This document shows, one piece after another, positions 9,595 through 17,342 of a stretch of 56,400 nucleotides of DNA (its first letter is position 1; the number at the start of each line of letters is the position of its first letter). This DNA comes from a virus, in IMG/VR virus record IMGVR_UViG_3300028536_000002, positions 1 through 56,400 of that record; one strand, written 5' to 3'. The position numbers and the translations under genes were made by a program. The notes under the pieces were generated by a model. It had not been told where the DNA came from and did not search any database. It saw only the letters and a program-made list of their open reading frames with translations.

Positions 9595-9624
9595 GGCGCC
9601 CAGTGTCTCCGGTGCCGTCCAGCC

Positions 9625-10451
9625 TCAGCGGCCCATCGCGGCGGCCATCTGCGCGACGAGCACGTCGGGATCCCATTCGGGCTCCTCAGCGGCGATGCCG
9701 CCGAGCTTCGCGCGGAGTTGCCGCTCGCCGAGGCCGAGCACTTCCACCCACCAGGACTGGATCATCTCGGTGCACCGCTCGGGGTCATCGAGCGGGATGG
9801 AGATGGTGTCGGCGTCGCGCTGGTTGACCCGTTCGATGAATCGCTGCGCCCGCAGGTTGGCGTCGGTGGCGTAGCTGTTCTCGAAGCCGGTGAGGACAAA
9901 GTCGACCGCGATGTCGACGAGCAGCGTCGGCGCTACCGTCCAGAGGTCTTGGCCGGTCGCTTGCGCGAACCGGCCCCGGATGCGGATCCAGTGCGGCGCG
10001 GCTTCGCGGAAGATGCGGGCCGCGCTCCAGTAGGGCGGTCGAACATGCCCTCCAGTACGGACTTGAACACGGGCATCAGGTCGACGAGGTCGAAGCTGTC
10101 CTCCGGGTCGGCCAGCCGGGCGTCGAGCAGCGCCCGGCCCTGCACGCGACCGGCGGGGTGCGCCTCGGTGGGCTTGGTGCGCGGCGCGGCTTCGATGTAG
10201 CGGAACAGGCCCGACACGCAGCGCAGCAGATCCGCTGACAGCTCCAGGGTGGGCCGGTCGGCTTCGGCGTCGATGAGCTGCACCGCCGTGGTAGCGACGG
10301 CGAGCTTGGGCCGGATCATGGTGAACGGTTCACCGTCGATCTTGAACCGGACCCGGTCACGGGCCTCGATCTTGCGGCGGCCGGCTGTAGTGAATTCCAG
10401 CGGCGTGTCGTCGTAGGTCTCGTCGTCGTGCTCGTGCTGTGCGGCAGTCAC
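9625..10451 (-). CDS. Tail assembly chaperone G-T fusion via programmed -1 frameshift
   Basis: The -1 frame reads ..PPYWSAARIFREAAPHWIRIRGRFAQATGQDLWTVAPTLLVDIAVDFVLTGFENSYATDANLRAQRFIERVNQRD...MAAAMGR and stops at 9625-9627, 31 nt before the tape-measure GTG. Span plus 1 nt is divisible by 3. The shift must occur upstream of about 10045; the slippery site is not pinned down. Confidence 0.6.
9933..10451 (-). CDS. Tail assembly chaperone (G-like, unshifted product)
   Basis: 172 aa with an acidic N-terminus, immediately upstream of the tape measure. The -1 frame stays open past its stop. Confidence 0.7.
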   Translation of the reverse strand: MTAAQHEHDDETYDDTPLEFTTAGRRKIEARDRVRFKIDGEPFTMIRPKLAVATTAVQLIDAEADRPTLELSADLLRCVSGLFRYIEAAPRTKPTEAHPAGRVQGRALLDARLADPEDSFDLVDLMPVFKSVLEGMFDRPTGARPASSAKPRRTGSASGAGSRKRPAKTSGR

Positions 10452-10463
10452 GGCGTGCTCCTG

Positions 10464-10883
10464 TCAGATGGTGGCGAACACCTCGACCAGCGCGTTCCGT
10501 AGGAACGGGCGGGCCTTGGTGCCTGGGTGGTGGACGCGGCGGGCGAACACCGGCGCGCCTTCGAACTGCCAGCCGGTCAGCGCCCTGCGACGCGTCGGCA
10601 CGATCTCGTGCGGGCGTGAACCCTCGTGGACGATCAGCGAGTAGCTGGCCGTGTTCTGGAGGACAGCGATGATGCGGGTGCCGACGTTGGTCAGCACTGG
10701 CGGGGCCTGGCTGGAGCGTAGGTTGCCGGTGCGGACGTTGACCATGTCGTTGGACAGGAACAGCTTGGCCCGGGCATCGACCTTCAATGACACGGTGAGC
10801 ACGTACCGGTAGATCTGCCCCGACGGACCACGGCCGAGGTCGTAGAGCCGTTCCCGGTAGAACTCGATCTGCGTGTGGGCCAT
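10464..10883 (-). CDS. HK97 gp10-like neck / tail-completion protein
   Basis: ATG 10883 (residue 81 of the track ORF) shares one base with the upstream stop (TGATG). LIVHEGSRPHEI and HHPGTKARPFLRNAL resemble the HK97 gp10 family. Confidence 0.5.
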   Translation of the reverse strand: MAHTQIEFYRERLYDLGRGPSGQIYRYVLTVSLKVDARAKLFLSNDMVNVRTGNLRSSQAPPVLTNVGTRIIAVLQNTASYSLIVHEGSRPHEIVPTRRRALTGWQFEGAPVFARRVHHPGTKARPFLRNALVEVFATI

Positions 10884-11062
10884 CAGCCAGCCGGCGCGTC
10901 GGCTGCTGCGATCGGGTCGGGCTCGGCGTGCTCGATGACGATGCCGTTGGCCAGCAGCGTCTCCAGCAGCTCGGTGCGCTCGACGTTCGGGATGACGTCG
11001 CCCTTCGCGCCGAGTCCGATGACGTCCTGGTTGACGCGCACGGTGATGGTCTTGCTTGCCAT
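10883..11062 (-). CDS. Small virion-module protein (59 aa)
   Basis: ATG 11062 with GGAGGAG upstream; MASKTITVRVNQDVIGLGAKGDVIPNVERTELLETLLANGIVIEH; good codon bias. Confidence 0.5.
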   Translation of the reverse strand: MASKTITVRVNQDVIGLGAKGDVIPNVERTELLETLLANGIVIEHAEPDPIAAADAPAG

Positions 11063-11070
11063 GGCTCCTC

Positions 11071-11598
11071 CTAGAGCATGATGAACGGCGCTTCGCACAC
11101 GATCCTGTCGATGAGCATCCCACCCGAGCAGGCGCCGTCGGGGCCGATCGGTGCCCAGGGGTCGATGCGGTGCCCGAGCGAGCAGGGCTTGATCAGCGGC
11201 GGCAGGTCGTAAGCAGCCGCTTTGTATAAAGCGGCCCGGTAGTCGGAGTCGCGGTTGGCGTACGTCGTTTCCTCGTTCGGGTCGATCGCCGAGCCGTCGG
11301 ACTCCACGTTGTTGTGGCACCACAGGCAGCCCATCTCGATCGCGAAGCACACTGCCCGAGTCGCCAGGTCGAAGTCGACGCGCGGCTCAGTGAACGGGTC
11401 GGCCCCGCCGTCGGTCGGATACTGGGTGGCGACGCGGGTCCACAGCAGCCCGTCGCAGCAGTCCTCGATCGGGATTGTCGAGCCGGCGATGAATAGGGCG
11501 ATCTTGGGCGCGGCGAGCCCGAGCCCGGCGATGGAGGCCAGCGCGGCGTCGAGGAGCTGAGTGGCGAGGTGCTTGCCCAGGTCTGTCATCACCGGCAT
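11071..11598 (-). CDS. Virion-module hypothetical protein (head-tail joining candidate)
   Basis: 175-aa track ORF with good codon bias. There is no recognisable SD upstream, and a nested stem-loop precedes it. Confidence 0.5.
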   Translation of the reverse strand: MPVMTDLGKHLATQLLDAALASIAGLGLAAPKIALFIAGSTIPIEDCCDGLLWTRVATQYPTDGGADPFTEPRVDFDLATRAVCFAIEMGCLWCHNNVESDGSAIDPNEETTYANRDSDYRAALYKAAAYDLPPLIKPCSLGHRIDPWAPIGPDGACSGGMLIDRIVCEAPFIML

Positions 11599-11612
11599 GG
11601 GGTGCAGTCTGG

Positions 11613-11668
11613 CACGGGAGGTTCACGCAGAACCTGGGCGCGGCCAAGCCCAGTCAGCGCCTCCCGTG
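11613..11668 (-). promoter_or_regulatory. Nested RNA stem-loop in the 137-nt gap inside the structural operon
   Basis: Outer 9-bp stem CACGGGAGG (11613-11621) pairs with CCTCCCGTG (11660-11668). It encloses an inner 6-bp hairpin CTGGGC (11634-11639) / GCCCAG (11648-11653). Confidence 0.45.
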
Positions 11669-11735
11669 CGATCAGGGCCGGGCGTGGGTGTCTGGGTGCC
11701 GATCCGGGAGAATTGATCCTAGGGCCGCGAGGGGG

Positions 11736-12506
11736 TTACGGCGCTGGGATGTTCGACCCGGCGAACGGCCACGCGTTACGCGGCACATCCGGGGAGTAGA
11801 CGCTCGGCTCGCGCGCGAGGCTCTGCGGGTTGACCGTCGCCACCCACTGGTCGACCTCCTGCACGCCGGTCGTGCGCGCGGCCATCAGGATGTCGCGGTT
11901 GATCGTCACCCCGGCCCGGGTCACAGTCGTCGCGTTGAACGCGATCCGGCACTTGGTGCCCGAGATCTGCTTGCCGAGCTCGCAGGCGAGCACCCCGGCG
12001 GCGTACTGGCCGCTGGCCGGCACGGTCACGCCCCGCTCGAACACCACCGTCCAGGTGTTCGGCTGGCCGGCCGCGATGATCAGATCCTGCGTGATCGGCC
12101 ACTGCAAGCCGTCCTGGCGGACCAGGAAGTTGCCCTCCAGCCGGTACAGCGCCGGATTCACGACCGAGCCGTCGATGGTGACGCTGTCGATCGACACGGC
12201 CGGGCGGGGCAGCTCCAGCACCTTCCTAGCGGTCGGGTCCGGGGAGCGCGGGTCGCCGGAGAACGGCCAGCCCGACCCGTAGATCGACTGGAGGTACGGC
12301 GGCCAGCCATCGCAGCAGCCCCACGGCAGCAGCGCCTGCGGCCGGTAGGTGGTCATGCGGGTGCCGTAGTAGCGGCCCGACAGCGTCCAGATCCACTCGA
12401 TCGCGCGGGCCTGAGCATCCGCCCACTGGGGGGCAGTGATGCCCAGGCCTGCTGCGTCGCAGTTCGGGGCCATCGGCCACAGCACCGGCCCGGCGCTGAT
12501 CGTCAT
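11736..12506 (-). CDS. Head-to-tail adaptor candidate
   Basis: 256 aa. AQARAIEWIWTLSGRYYGTRMTTYRP resembles the conserved helix of gp6-like head-tail connector proteins. It lies in the virion module. Confidence 0.4.
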   Translation of the reverse strand: MTISAGPVLWPMAPNCDAAGLGITAPQWADAQARAIEWIWTLSGRYYGTRMTTYRPQALLPWGCCDGWPPYLQSIYGSGWPFSGDPRSPDPTARKVLELPRPAVSIDSVTIDGSVVNPALYRLEGNFLVRQDGLQWPITQDLIIAAGQPNTWTVVFERGVTVPASGQYAAGVLACELGKQISGTKCRIAFNATTVTRAGVTINRDILMAARTTGVQEVDQWVATVNPQSLAREPSVYSPDVPRNAWPFAGSNIPAP

Positions 12507-12516
12507 GGCCCGAACC

Positions 12517-13233
12517 CTACGGAACGATGACTACGGGGCCGCCAGGCGCTGTCGGGGCGGGCGCCGCGATCGGCGTCAGCTCGAAGTGCCGGTGCGCGGC
12601 CGGGTCCATGTTGGCGATGAGCCGGCTCGGGGTGTTGATCGCATCGGCCGCGACGGGCAGGTAGGTCGAAGGACCCTTGAGCCAGTTCGGGTTGCCCAGG
12701 GTGGTGCCGTGCAGCGTCGCCGTGCACTCCTTGGAGGTGATGTCGTCGAACTCCACCCAGCCGTGGATGATCAGCGGGTACAGCATGTAGCCGTTGATCG
12801 AGCCTCCCGCGACGCAGGCGACACCGGCGGTCGCGGTCCAGATCTCCATCCCGAAGTTCTGCGACAGCGCGACGCCACCCTTCTCCTCCCAGCCCGCGAT
12901 GGTGCCCTGCCAGTCGAGCACGGCGGGGGAGCCCGGGGCGGTCAGCATGACGATCGCGGCCGGGTTCACCTTGACCAGGTTCACCTCGATCGTCATGTCC
13001 AGCAGCGAAGTGTTGCCGCGCTGGTAGACCTGCACGACGTCGTTGGCGCCCCGGATGTTGATGTCCGTGCCGTTGTCCATGTTCTTCGTCGTCTTGGCGG
13101 TGATGAACCCGTCGGTGACGTAGGACGTGCGGGTGGGTGTGCCGATGAACGCGCCGCACTGGTCCAGCAGAGTGAACCGGACCGTGCGGCCCCGGATCAG
13201 GGTCTGCTCGTTGGCGCCGTAGGCCGCAACCAT
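12517..13233 (-). CDS. Putative major tail protein
   Basis: 238 aa, ATG 13233 with GAGAGGAC upstream, beta-rich composition. It is preceded by the same 23-nt box as the capsid gene, and no other tail-tube candidate lies between the capsid and the chaperones. Confidence 0.45.
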   Translation of the reverse strand: MVAAYGANEQTLIRGRTVRFTLLDQCGAFIGTPTRTSYVTDGFITAKTTKNMDNGTDINIRGANDVVQVYQRGNTSLLDMTIEVNLVKVNPAAIVMLTAPGSPAVLDWQGTIAGWEEKGGVALSQNFGMEIWTATAGVACVAGGSINGYMLYPLIIHGWVEFDDITSKECTATLHGTTLGNPNWLKGPSTYLPVAADAINTPSRLIANMDPAAHRHFELTPIAAPAPTAPGGPVVIVP

Positions 13234-13254
13234 GAGGATGTCCTCTCAATCGGT

Positions 13255-13277
13255 GCCCGGCCATTGCGCCAGCGGCG
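13255..13277 (-). repeat. 23-nt conserved box, copy B (- sense CGCCGCTGGCGCAATGGCCGGGC)
   Basis: Identical to 16871..16893. It ends 21 nt upstream of the ATG of 12517..13233. Confidence 0.9.
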
Positions 13278-13298
13278 GTTCGGATGTGCGTGGTGGTG

Positions 13299-13778
13299 CT
13301 ACTGCGCGGCGTGCGCCCCCGTCGCGTCTGCCGCCGGAGCGGCCTGCGCGGCGCGGTACTCGCGCAGGCGGCCCTGGAGCTCGGCCTTGTTGCCCGAGGT
13401 GGGCTGTTCAGCCGCGCCCAGCTCGTCCCGCATCTGGTCGTTGGTCATGGCCTCGATCTCGTCCACGGTGCCGTCGGCGTTGTCATCGGTGCCGGCCGGG
13501 CTGTCGCCCTCGGCGACCTCATCGGTGCCCTCGGGGAGCGCGGCCTCGGCCTTGTCCGCCAGGTCGACCGGCACCCGGAAGTAGCCGTCACCGGAGGACT
13601 GGACGTCCTCGGGCTGGTCGGCCGCGTCAAGCAGCGCCTTCGCGGTCTCGGCTTCCTTGCCGGGCTCCGGGTAGATGTCGACGTACTCGATCTCGGGCGC
13701 CGGGTCGGCATGCGGGGCTGAGCCCGGCTCGGCCAGATCCACCGTCTCGTCATCGGCCGGGGCAGCAGTCTCGGTCAT
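13299..13778 (-). CDS. Acidic protein with C-terminal HeH/SAP (Rho-N-like) motif
   Basis: ATG 13778 with GAGAGGAAAG upstream. The protein is very Asp/Glu/Pro/Ala-rich. MTNDQMRDELGAAEQPTSGNKAELQGRLREY matches a helix-extended-helix motif. Confidence 0.6.
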   Translation of the reverse strand: MTETAAPADDETVDLAEPGSAPHADPAPEIEYVDIYPEPGKEAETAKALLDAADQPEDVQSSGDGYFRVPVDLADKAEAALPEGTDEVAEGDSPAGTDDNADGTVDEIEAMTNDQMRDELGAAEQPTSGNKAELQGRLREYRAAQAAPAADATGAHAAQ

Positions 13779-13789
13779 GGTCTTTCCTC

Positions 13790-14950
13790 TCAGAGAGTGA
13801 AGTCGACGAGGGCTGCACCGATGGCGCAGTCGTAACCGACGACGTAGGGCTGCTCGGCGAACACGCCCACGTTGTTGATCGAGCGGTTCAACGCCTCGGC
13901 CATCGTGAAGTCAGTGACCGGGCCGCGCCGGATGGTGAGCTGCCCCGTGGCGTAGATCCAGCCCTGAGTGGCGCCCGGTGCGACACCTGCCGGGCCGGTG
14001 CCGTCATAGCCCCCGCCGAACACCCACCGGGAGCCAAGCCCGGTGGTCAGCGCCTCCGGGTTGATCGAGTCGCGGACTGTCAGACGAGCGCGGCGCGCGT
14101 AGGCGTTCACGCCGCGCTTGGCATGGATCACCCCGACCCCGGAGTAGTGATCAGCCAGCCAGTTCTCCAGCGCGCTGACCGCTGCGGTCAGGCTCGTCGC
14201 GGCGCCCGACACGATCGGGGTGGCCGCTGCGTTCAGCGGTCCCGTGTTGCCCCCGGCGCCGGTCCACAGCGCGGCCTCAGCGGCGTGCTGCCCGGCCAGC
14301 TCCAAGATGGTGCGCGCCCTCTCCTGGTACGCACCCTCGTGGTCGTAGCCGACCGACCCGCATTGCATCCCGGCGTACACCGCGAACGGGTGCGCCTGAG
14401 TGGTCGCCGCACCGGCCGGGAGCGCCTTCTGCGGGTCGGTGCCGGCCGTGTTGGTCGTGGGCGGCGTAGCGGGAGTACCCGCCGTACCCGTGTCCAGGTA
14501 GGCCACCACAGCGCCGAGCGTGGCGACCAGGACGTTCTCCGCACCCGAAGCGGTGCCCCGGTAGACCTTCACGCCCGTGGTCCCAGCGGGCAGCGCGGAC
14601 CAGGTCAGGTTCGCGGAGCCGTTGAGCGCGATCGTCGCAGTGGCCTCGTTCGACTTGGTCGTCTCACCCTGGGCGTTCGTGCCGGTGACCACCCAGAAGT
14701 ACGTGCCAGCGGCGAAGGTGCCGCCACCGACGACAGCCCCCGCAGCGAGCGCCGACGGGGTCCCGATCACGCCGGTGGAACAGCGCAGCCCCGCCAGGTA
14801 GAAGTTCCCCGCGTAGCAGGCCAGCGGCTCCCACTCGATGCCGAGCTGCCAGTGGACGTCATCGTCATTGATGGGCTGTGCGGCGCCGAACAGGCCATAG
14901 CGGTATGGCTCGACGACCGGTGGTGCGACGTAGAGCAGAGGCTGGGTCAC
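13790..14950 (-). CDS. Second capsid-fold-like virion protein with inserted FN3-like domain
   Basis: GTG 14950. AAEAALWTG, ENWLADHYSGVGVIHAKRG, VFGGGYDGTG and IYATGQLTIRRGP resemble HK97-family capsid motifs. GTYFWVVTGTNAQGETTKSNEATATIALNGSANLTWSALPAGTTGVKVYRG looks like an FN3 insert. Confidence 0.35.
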   Translation of the reverse strand: MTQPLLYVAPPVVEPYRYGLFGAAQPINDDDVHWQLGIEWEPLACYAGNFYLAGLRCSTGVIGTPSALAAGAVVGGGTFAAGTYFWVVTGTNAQGETTKSNEATATIALNGSANLTWSALPAGTTGVKVYRGTASGAENVLVATLGAVVAYLDTGTAGTPATPPTTNTAGTDPQKALPAGAATTQAHPFAVYAGMQCGSVGYDHEGAYQERARTILELAGQHAAEAALWTGAGGNTGPLNAAATPIVSGAATSLTAAVSALENWLADHYSGVGVIHAKRGVNAYARRARLTVRDSINPEALTTGLGSRWVFGGGYDGTGPAGVAPGATQGWIYATGQLTIRRGPVTDFTMAEALNRSINNVGVFAEQPYVVGYDCAIGAALVDFTL

Positions 14951-14981
14951 GGTCCTTCACCACCCTTCCTGGGCGTTGTGC

Positions 14982-15016
14982 GGGGCGCCGGCAGGCTCAC
15001 ACCGGGCCGGCGCCCC
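14982..15016 (-). terminator. Stem-loop just after the major capsid gene
   Basis: 11-bp perfect stem GGGGCGCCGGC (14982-14992) / GCCGGCGCCCC (15006-15016), 8 nt downstream of the capsid TAA. There is no U tract, as in the I-shaped terminators seen in actinobacteria. Confidence 0.55.
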
Positions 15017-15024
15017 AGCGCCGA

Positions 15025-16836
15025 TTAGATGAAGGGAGCGACAGCGGCCTGGGCGAGCGTGGTCGCGCCGTTGGCCAGGATCGGGATCGTCACCAGGCGG
15101 GCGTCGAAGCCGCGCAGCATGGTCAGCCGTGCCCGCTCCAGGAACAGCGCGACGTACTGGTTGGTCTTGAGCAGCGTGCTGTCGTAGACCGCGTTCAGCT
15201 CGATCACGTCGCTATTGGCCTGCACCCACGCACCGGCCGGGTAGATCAGGGCGTTCACGGTGACCGGCCACGCCAGGATCGCTGTGGCCGCGCCGAACCC
15301 GGCGGCGACGCCGGTGAAGGCGTCCTGCCAGTCGTACACGAACTGGACGTTCGCGCCGCGCTCGGCGAAGTAGGACACGATCTGCGCGTCGGTCACCGCG
15401 AGTGCGTTGTCCACGCCGGTGCGCTTGGCCAGATCCGAACGGATCGCGCCCTTGACCCACAGCGGCAGGACGACCTCAACCGGCGCCGTCTCGGACATGC
15501 GGTTCTTGTAGCGCATGTCCGTGATCTGGAGCTCCACCGAGCCGAGCAACATCGTGGACGCAGCGGCATCGGTGGCCGGCGCCGCGATCACCACGGGCGC
15601 GGACCCGGTGGCCATGTCGGCGATCGTCTTGAAGTTCTGGTAGTGCGCGAACGCCTTCAACGCCTTGCGGGTGAAGTCGGTGTACGCCTCGGGGTAGCCC
15701 TTCGCGGTGAGGATGTCACCGGTCAGGTAGATGAAGTCGACGCCCATCCGGTGGTCGGTGAACGCCGGGCATGGGATGTTGACGACCGGCTTGACGGTAC
15801 CGGCGATGTTCTGCGCCTCGGTCTGGCTGCCGATGCCCGAGCCGGCGCCGGAGGCGCCCCACATCGCGGTGAAGTCCGGGCCGAGCGCGTACCGCACGCC
15901 ACCCCGGGTCACCGTGATGCCCGGCAGGTTCAGGATGCCGTCCTCGGAGGTGAAGTCGAGCAGGTCGTACAGCGTCTCGGACGGGGCGCACCAGCCGGCC
16001 GCCGTCAGGTGGTCCTCGCCGGTCTCGGCCAGGAGTCGCTCCTGGCTGACCGCCCAGGCCATCGCCTCGTCGATGTCGGCCGTGTCCGGGCCAGCACTCG
16101 CGCTGGCCACCAGCCGCTCGTCGGTCGTGTCCAGCCGCAGATCGGAGATGCGCTGCTGCGAACGGGGCGCGCCGGTCCGCTTGGGCAGCGAGCTGAAACG
16201 CGCCTCGGCCGCACGGCCGAACGACTCCCAGGTCATCTCCGCGCCGGCCGCAACCCCGGCCACCTCAGCAGCGGCCACCAAGTGCGTGCCGTTGCCCAGC
16301 TCACCGCTGGCCTTGCGCCGCGCCGGGACCGTTGGCTGGCCGGCGCCGCGAGCCGCTGCCGCAACGGACGAGCGCCGGCCAGCACTGGCCACGAGCACCG
16401 GCTCGCCCGCAGGGGCAGCCGCTGCCGGGTCGGTTGCCGTGCCTGTCTGCGCCACGGGCACGCCACCTTCGGGGTCGGTCTCATCGGCGGCCGGGTCGGC
16501 GTCGGGGTCCGCGTCGGCCTCGGGCTCCGGGTCGGGGTCGGTCTGCGCCTTGAGCCGGGCGCGGGTCTCGTCGAGCTGCGCCTTCTGCGCGGTGTCGTCG
16601 GCGACGATCGCGTCCTGGCGGCCCTTCATGCCCTCGATGGCGCCGATGTACCAGTTGGCCTTGTCGACACGCTCCCCCATCGGCCCCTTGGCGTCGTCGG
16701 CGAGCAGGGCGTTCGCTGCGTCGGTCGCCGACTTGATCATCTCGGTCAGCTCGGCGACGGAGGCGTCCTCCGGCGGGGTGTAGCCAGTCCCGAGGTCGGC
16801 CGGTAGTTCGATCTTGCGCGTCTTCGTGGTAGGCAT
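15025..16836 (-). CDS. Major capsid protein with N-terminal scaffold-like extension
   Basis: 603 aa, ATG 16836 with AAGGAG upstream. The first ~270 aa are helical then Asp/Pro/Ala-rich. The C-terminal ~330 aa carry AAGWCAPSETLYDL, IYPAGAWVQ and VYDSTLLKTNQYVALFLE, typical of actinophage major capsid proteins. No separate scaffold gene is present. Confidence 0.75.
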   Translation of the reverse strand: MPTTKTRKIELPADLGTGYTPPEDASVAELTEMIKSATDAANALLADDAKGPMGERVDKANWYIGAIEGMKGRQDAIVADDTAQKAQLDETRARLKAQTDPDPEPEADADPDADPAADETDPEGGVPVAQTGTATDPAAAAPAGEPVLVASAGRRSSVAAAARGAGQPTVPARRKASGELGNGTHLVAAAEVAGVAAGAEMTWESFGRAAEARFSSLPKRTGAPRSQQRISDLRLDTTDERLVASASAGPDTADIDEAMAWAVSQERLLAETGEDHLTAAGWCAPSETLYDLLDFTSEDGILNLPGITVTRGGVRYALGPDFTAMWGASGAGSGIGSQTEAQNIAGTVKPVVNIPCPAFTDHRMGVDFIYLTGDILTAKGYPEAYTDFTRKALKAFAHYQNFKTIADMATGSAPVVIAAPATDAAASTMLLGSVELQITDMRYKNRMSETAPVEVVLPLWVKGAIRSDLAKRTGVDNALAVTDAQIVSYFAERGANVQFVYDWQDAFTGVAAGFGAATAILAWPVTVNALIYPAGAWVQANSDVIELNAVYDSTLLKTNQYVALFLERARLTMLRGFDARLVTIPILANGATTLAQAAVAPFI

Positions 16837-16870
16837 CGTGGCGCTCCTTCGGCCATGGACGATGAGGGGA

Positions 16871-16893
16871 GCCCGGCCATTGCGCCAGCGGCG
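16871..16893 (-). repeat. 23-nt conserved box, copy A
   Basis: Identical to 13255..13277. It ends 34 nt upstream of the capsid ATG. Confidence 0.9.
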
Positions 16894-16932
16894 ACGTGCG
16901 TTCGAGTTGGGACGCTAGCGCGGCCCGTCCAC

Positions 16933-17097
16933 TCAGCTCGTGCGCTTCACGATCCGCAGCAGCGTGCCCTTGCCCCCGGCCGCCTTGCGCGCGGTCTCGG
17001 CCTCAGCCTGGGTGGCGAATTCGCGGGCCGCCTTGTTCGGCTCGCGGTACTGCCAGACAGCGACGAAGCCGTCGGCTGTGCCGCCGCAGCAGGCCAT
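16933..17097 (-). CDS. Small protein (54 aa)
   Basis: Below the track's size cut-off. ATG 17097 shares a base with the upstream stop (TGATG). MACCGGTADGFVAVWQYREPNKAAREFATQAEAETARKAAGGKGTLLRIVKRTS; high codon-3 G/C. Confidence 0.5.
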   Translation of the reverse strand: MACCGGTADGFVAVWQYREPNKAAREFATQAEAETARKAAGGKGTLLRIVKRTS

Positions 17098-17342
17098 CAG
17101 GCCAGCCCTCCGGCCGGGGCCGGCACGTCGGTCTCATTGCGGGCGATCGAGGCGTTGGCCCACATGACCGATTCCTCCAGCGCCGTCAGGGCGAGCGACT
17201 TCTCCCGGCTGTCCGGGCAGTGCCGATCGAGCAGCACCGCGAACGCGCGGGCGTGCTCGCGGATGTCCTGGTAGCGGTTCACCTGGTCATCGTGGGGTGG
17301 GTGGTAGGTGAACCGCTTCGCCAGCTCGGGCAGCCCGAGCAT
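17097..17342 (-). CDS. Small helical protein, Acb2-like (candidate cyclic-oligonucleotide sponge)
   Basis: 81 aa. FTYHPP..Q..RYQDIR.......P.SREKSLALTALEESVMWANASIARN matches my recollection of the Acb2/Tad1-hairpin family signature. Tyr13 and Arg28 are spaced like Acb2 Y11/K26. It lies next to the capsid genes. Confidence 0.4.
   Translation of the reverse strand: MLGLPELAKRFTYHPPHDDQVNRYQDIREHARAFAVLLDRHCPDSREKSLALTALEESVMWANASIARNETDVPAPAGGLA

Noticed and set aside
9990-10010. The G-run TCC_GGG_GCC as the chaperone slippery site.
   Set aside because: It lies downstream of where the conserved T-domain motif (PPYWSAARIF) already has to be read in the -1 frame, so the shift must happen earlier.
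13232-15028. Very long + strand ORFs in the track (13232..15028 at 598 aa, 14878..16806 at 642 aa, 17741..20020 at 759 aa, 8762..9874, 48805..50466, 35860..47182 among others).
   Set aside because: Their translations are Arg/Pro/Gly/Ala low-complexity text. They lie antisense to - strand genes with recognisable motifs (capsid, MuF, tape measure, RecT). They are the usual stop-poor shadow frames of very GC-rich DNA.
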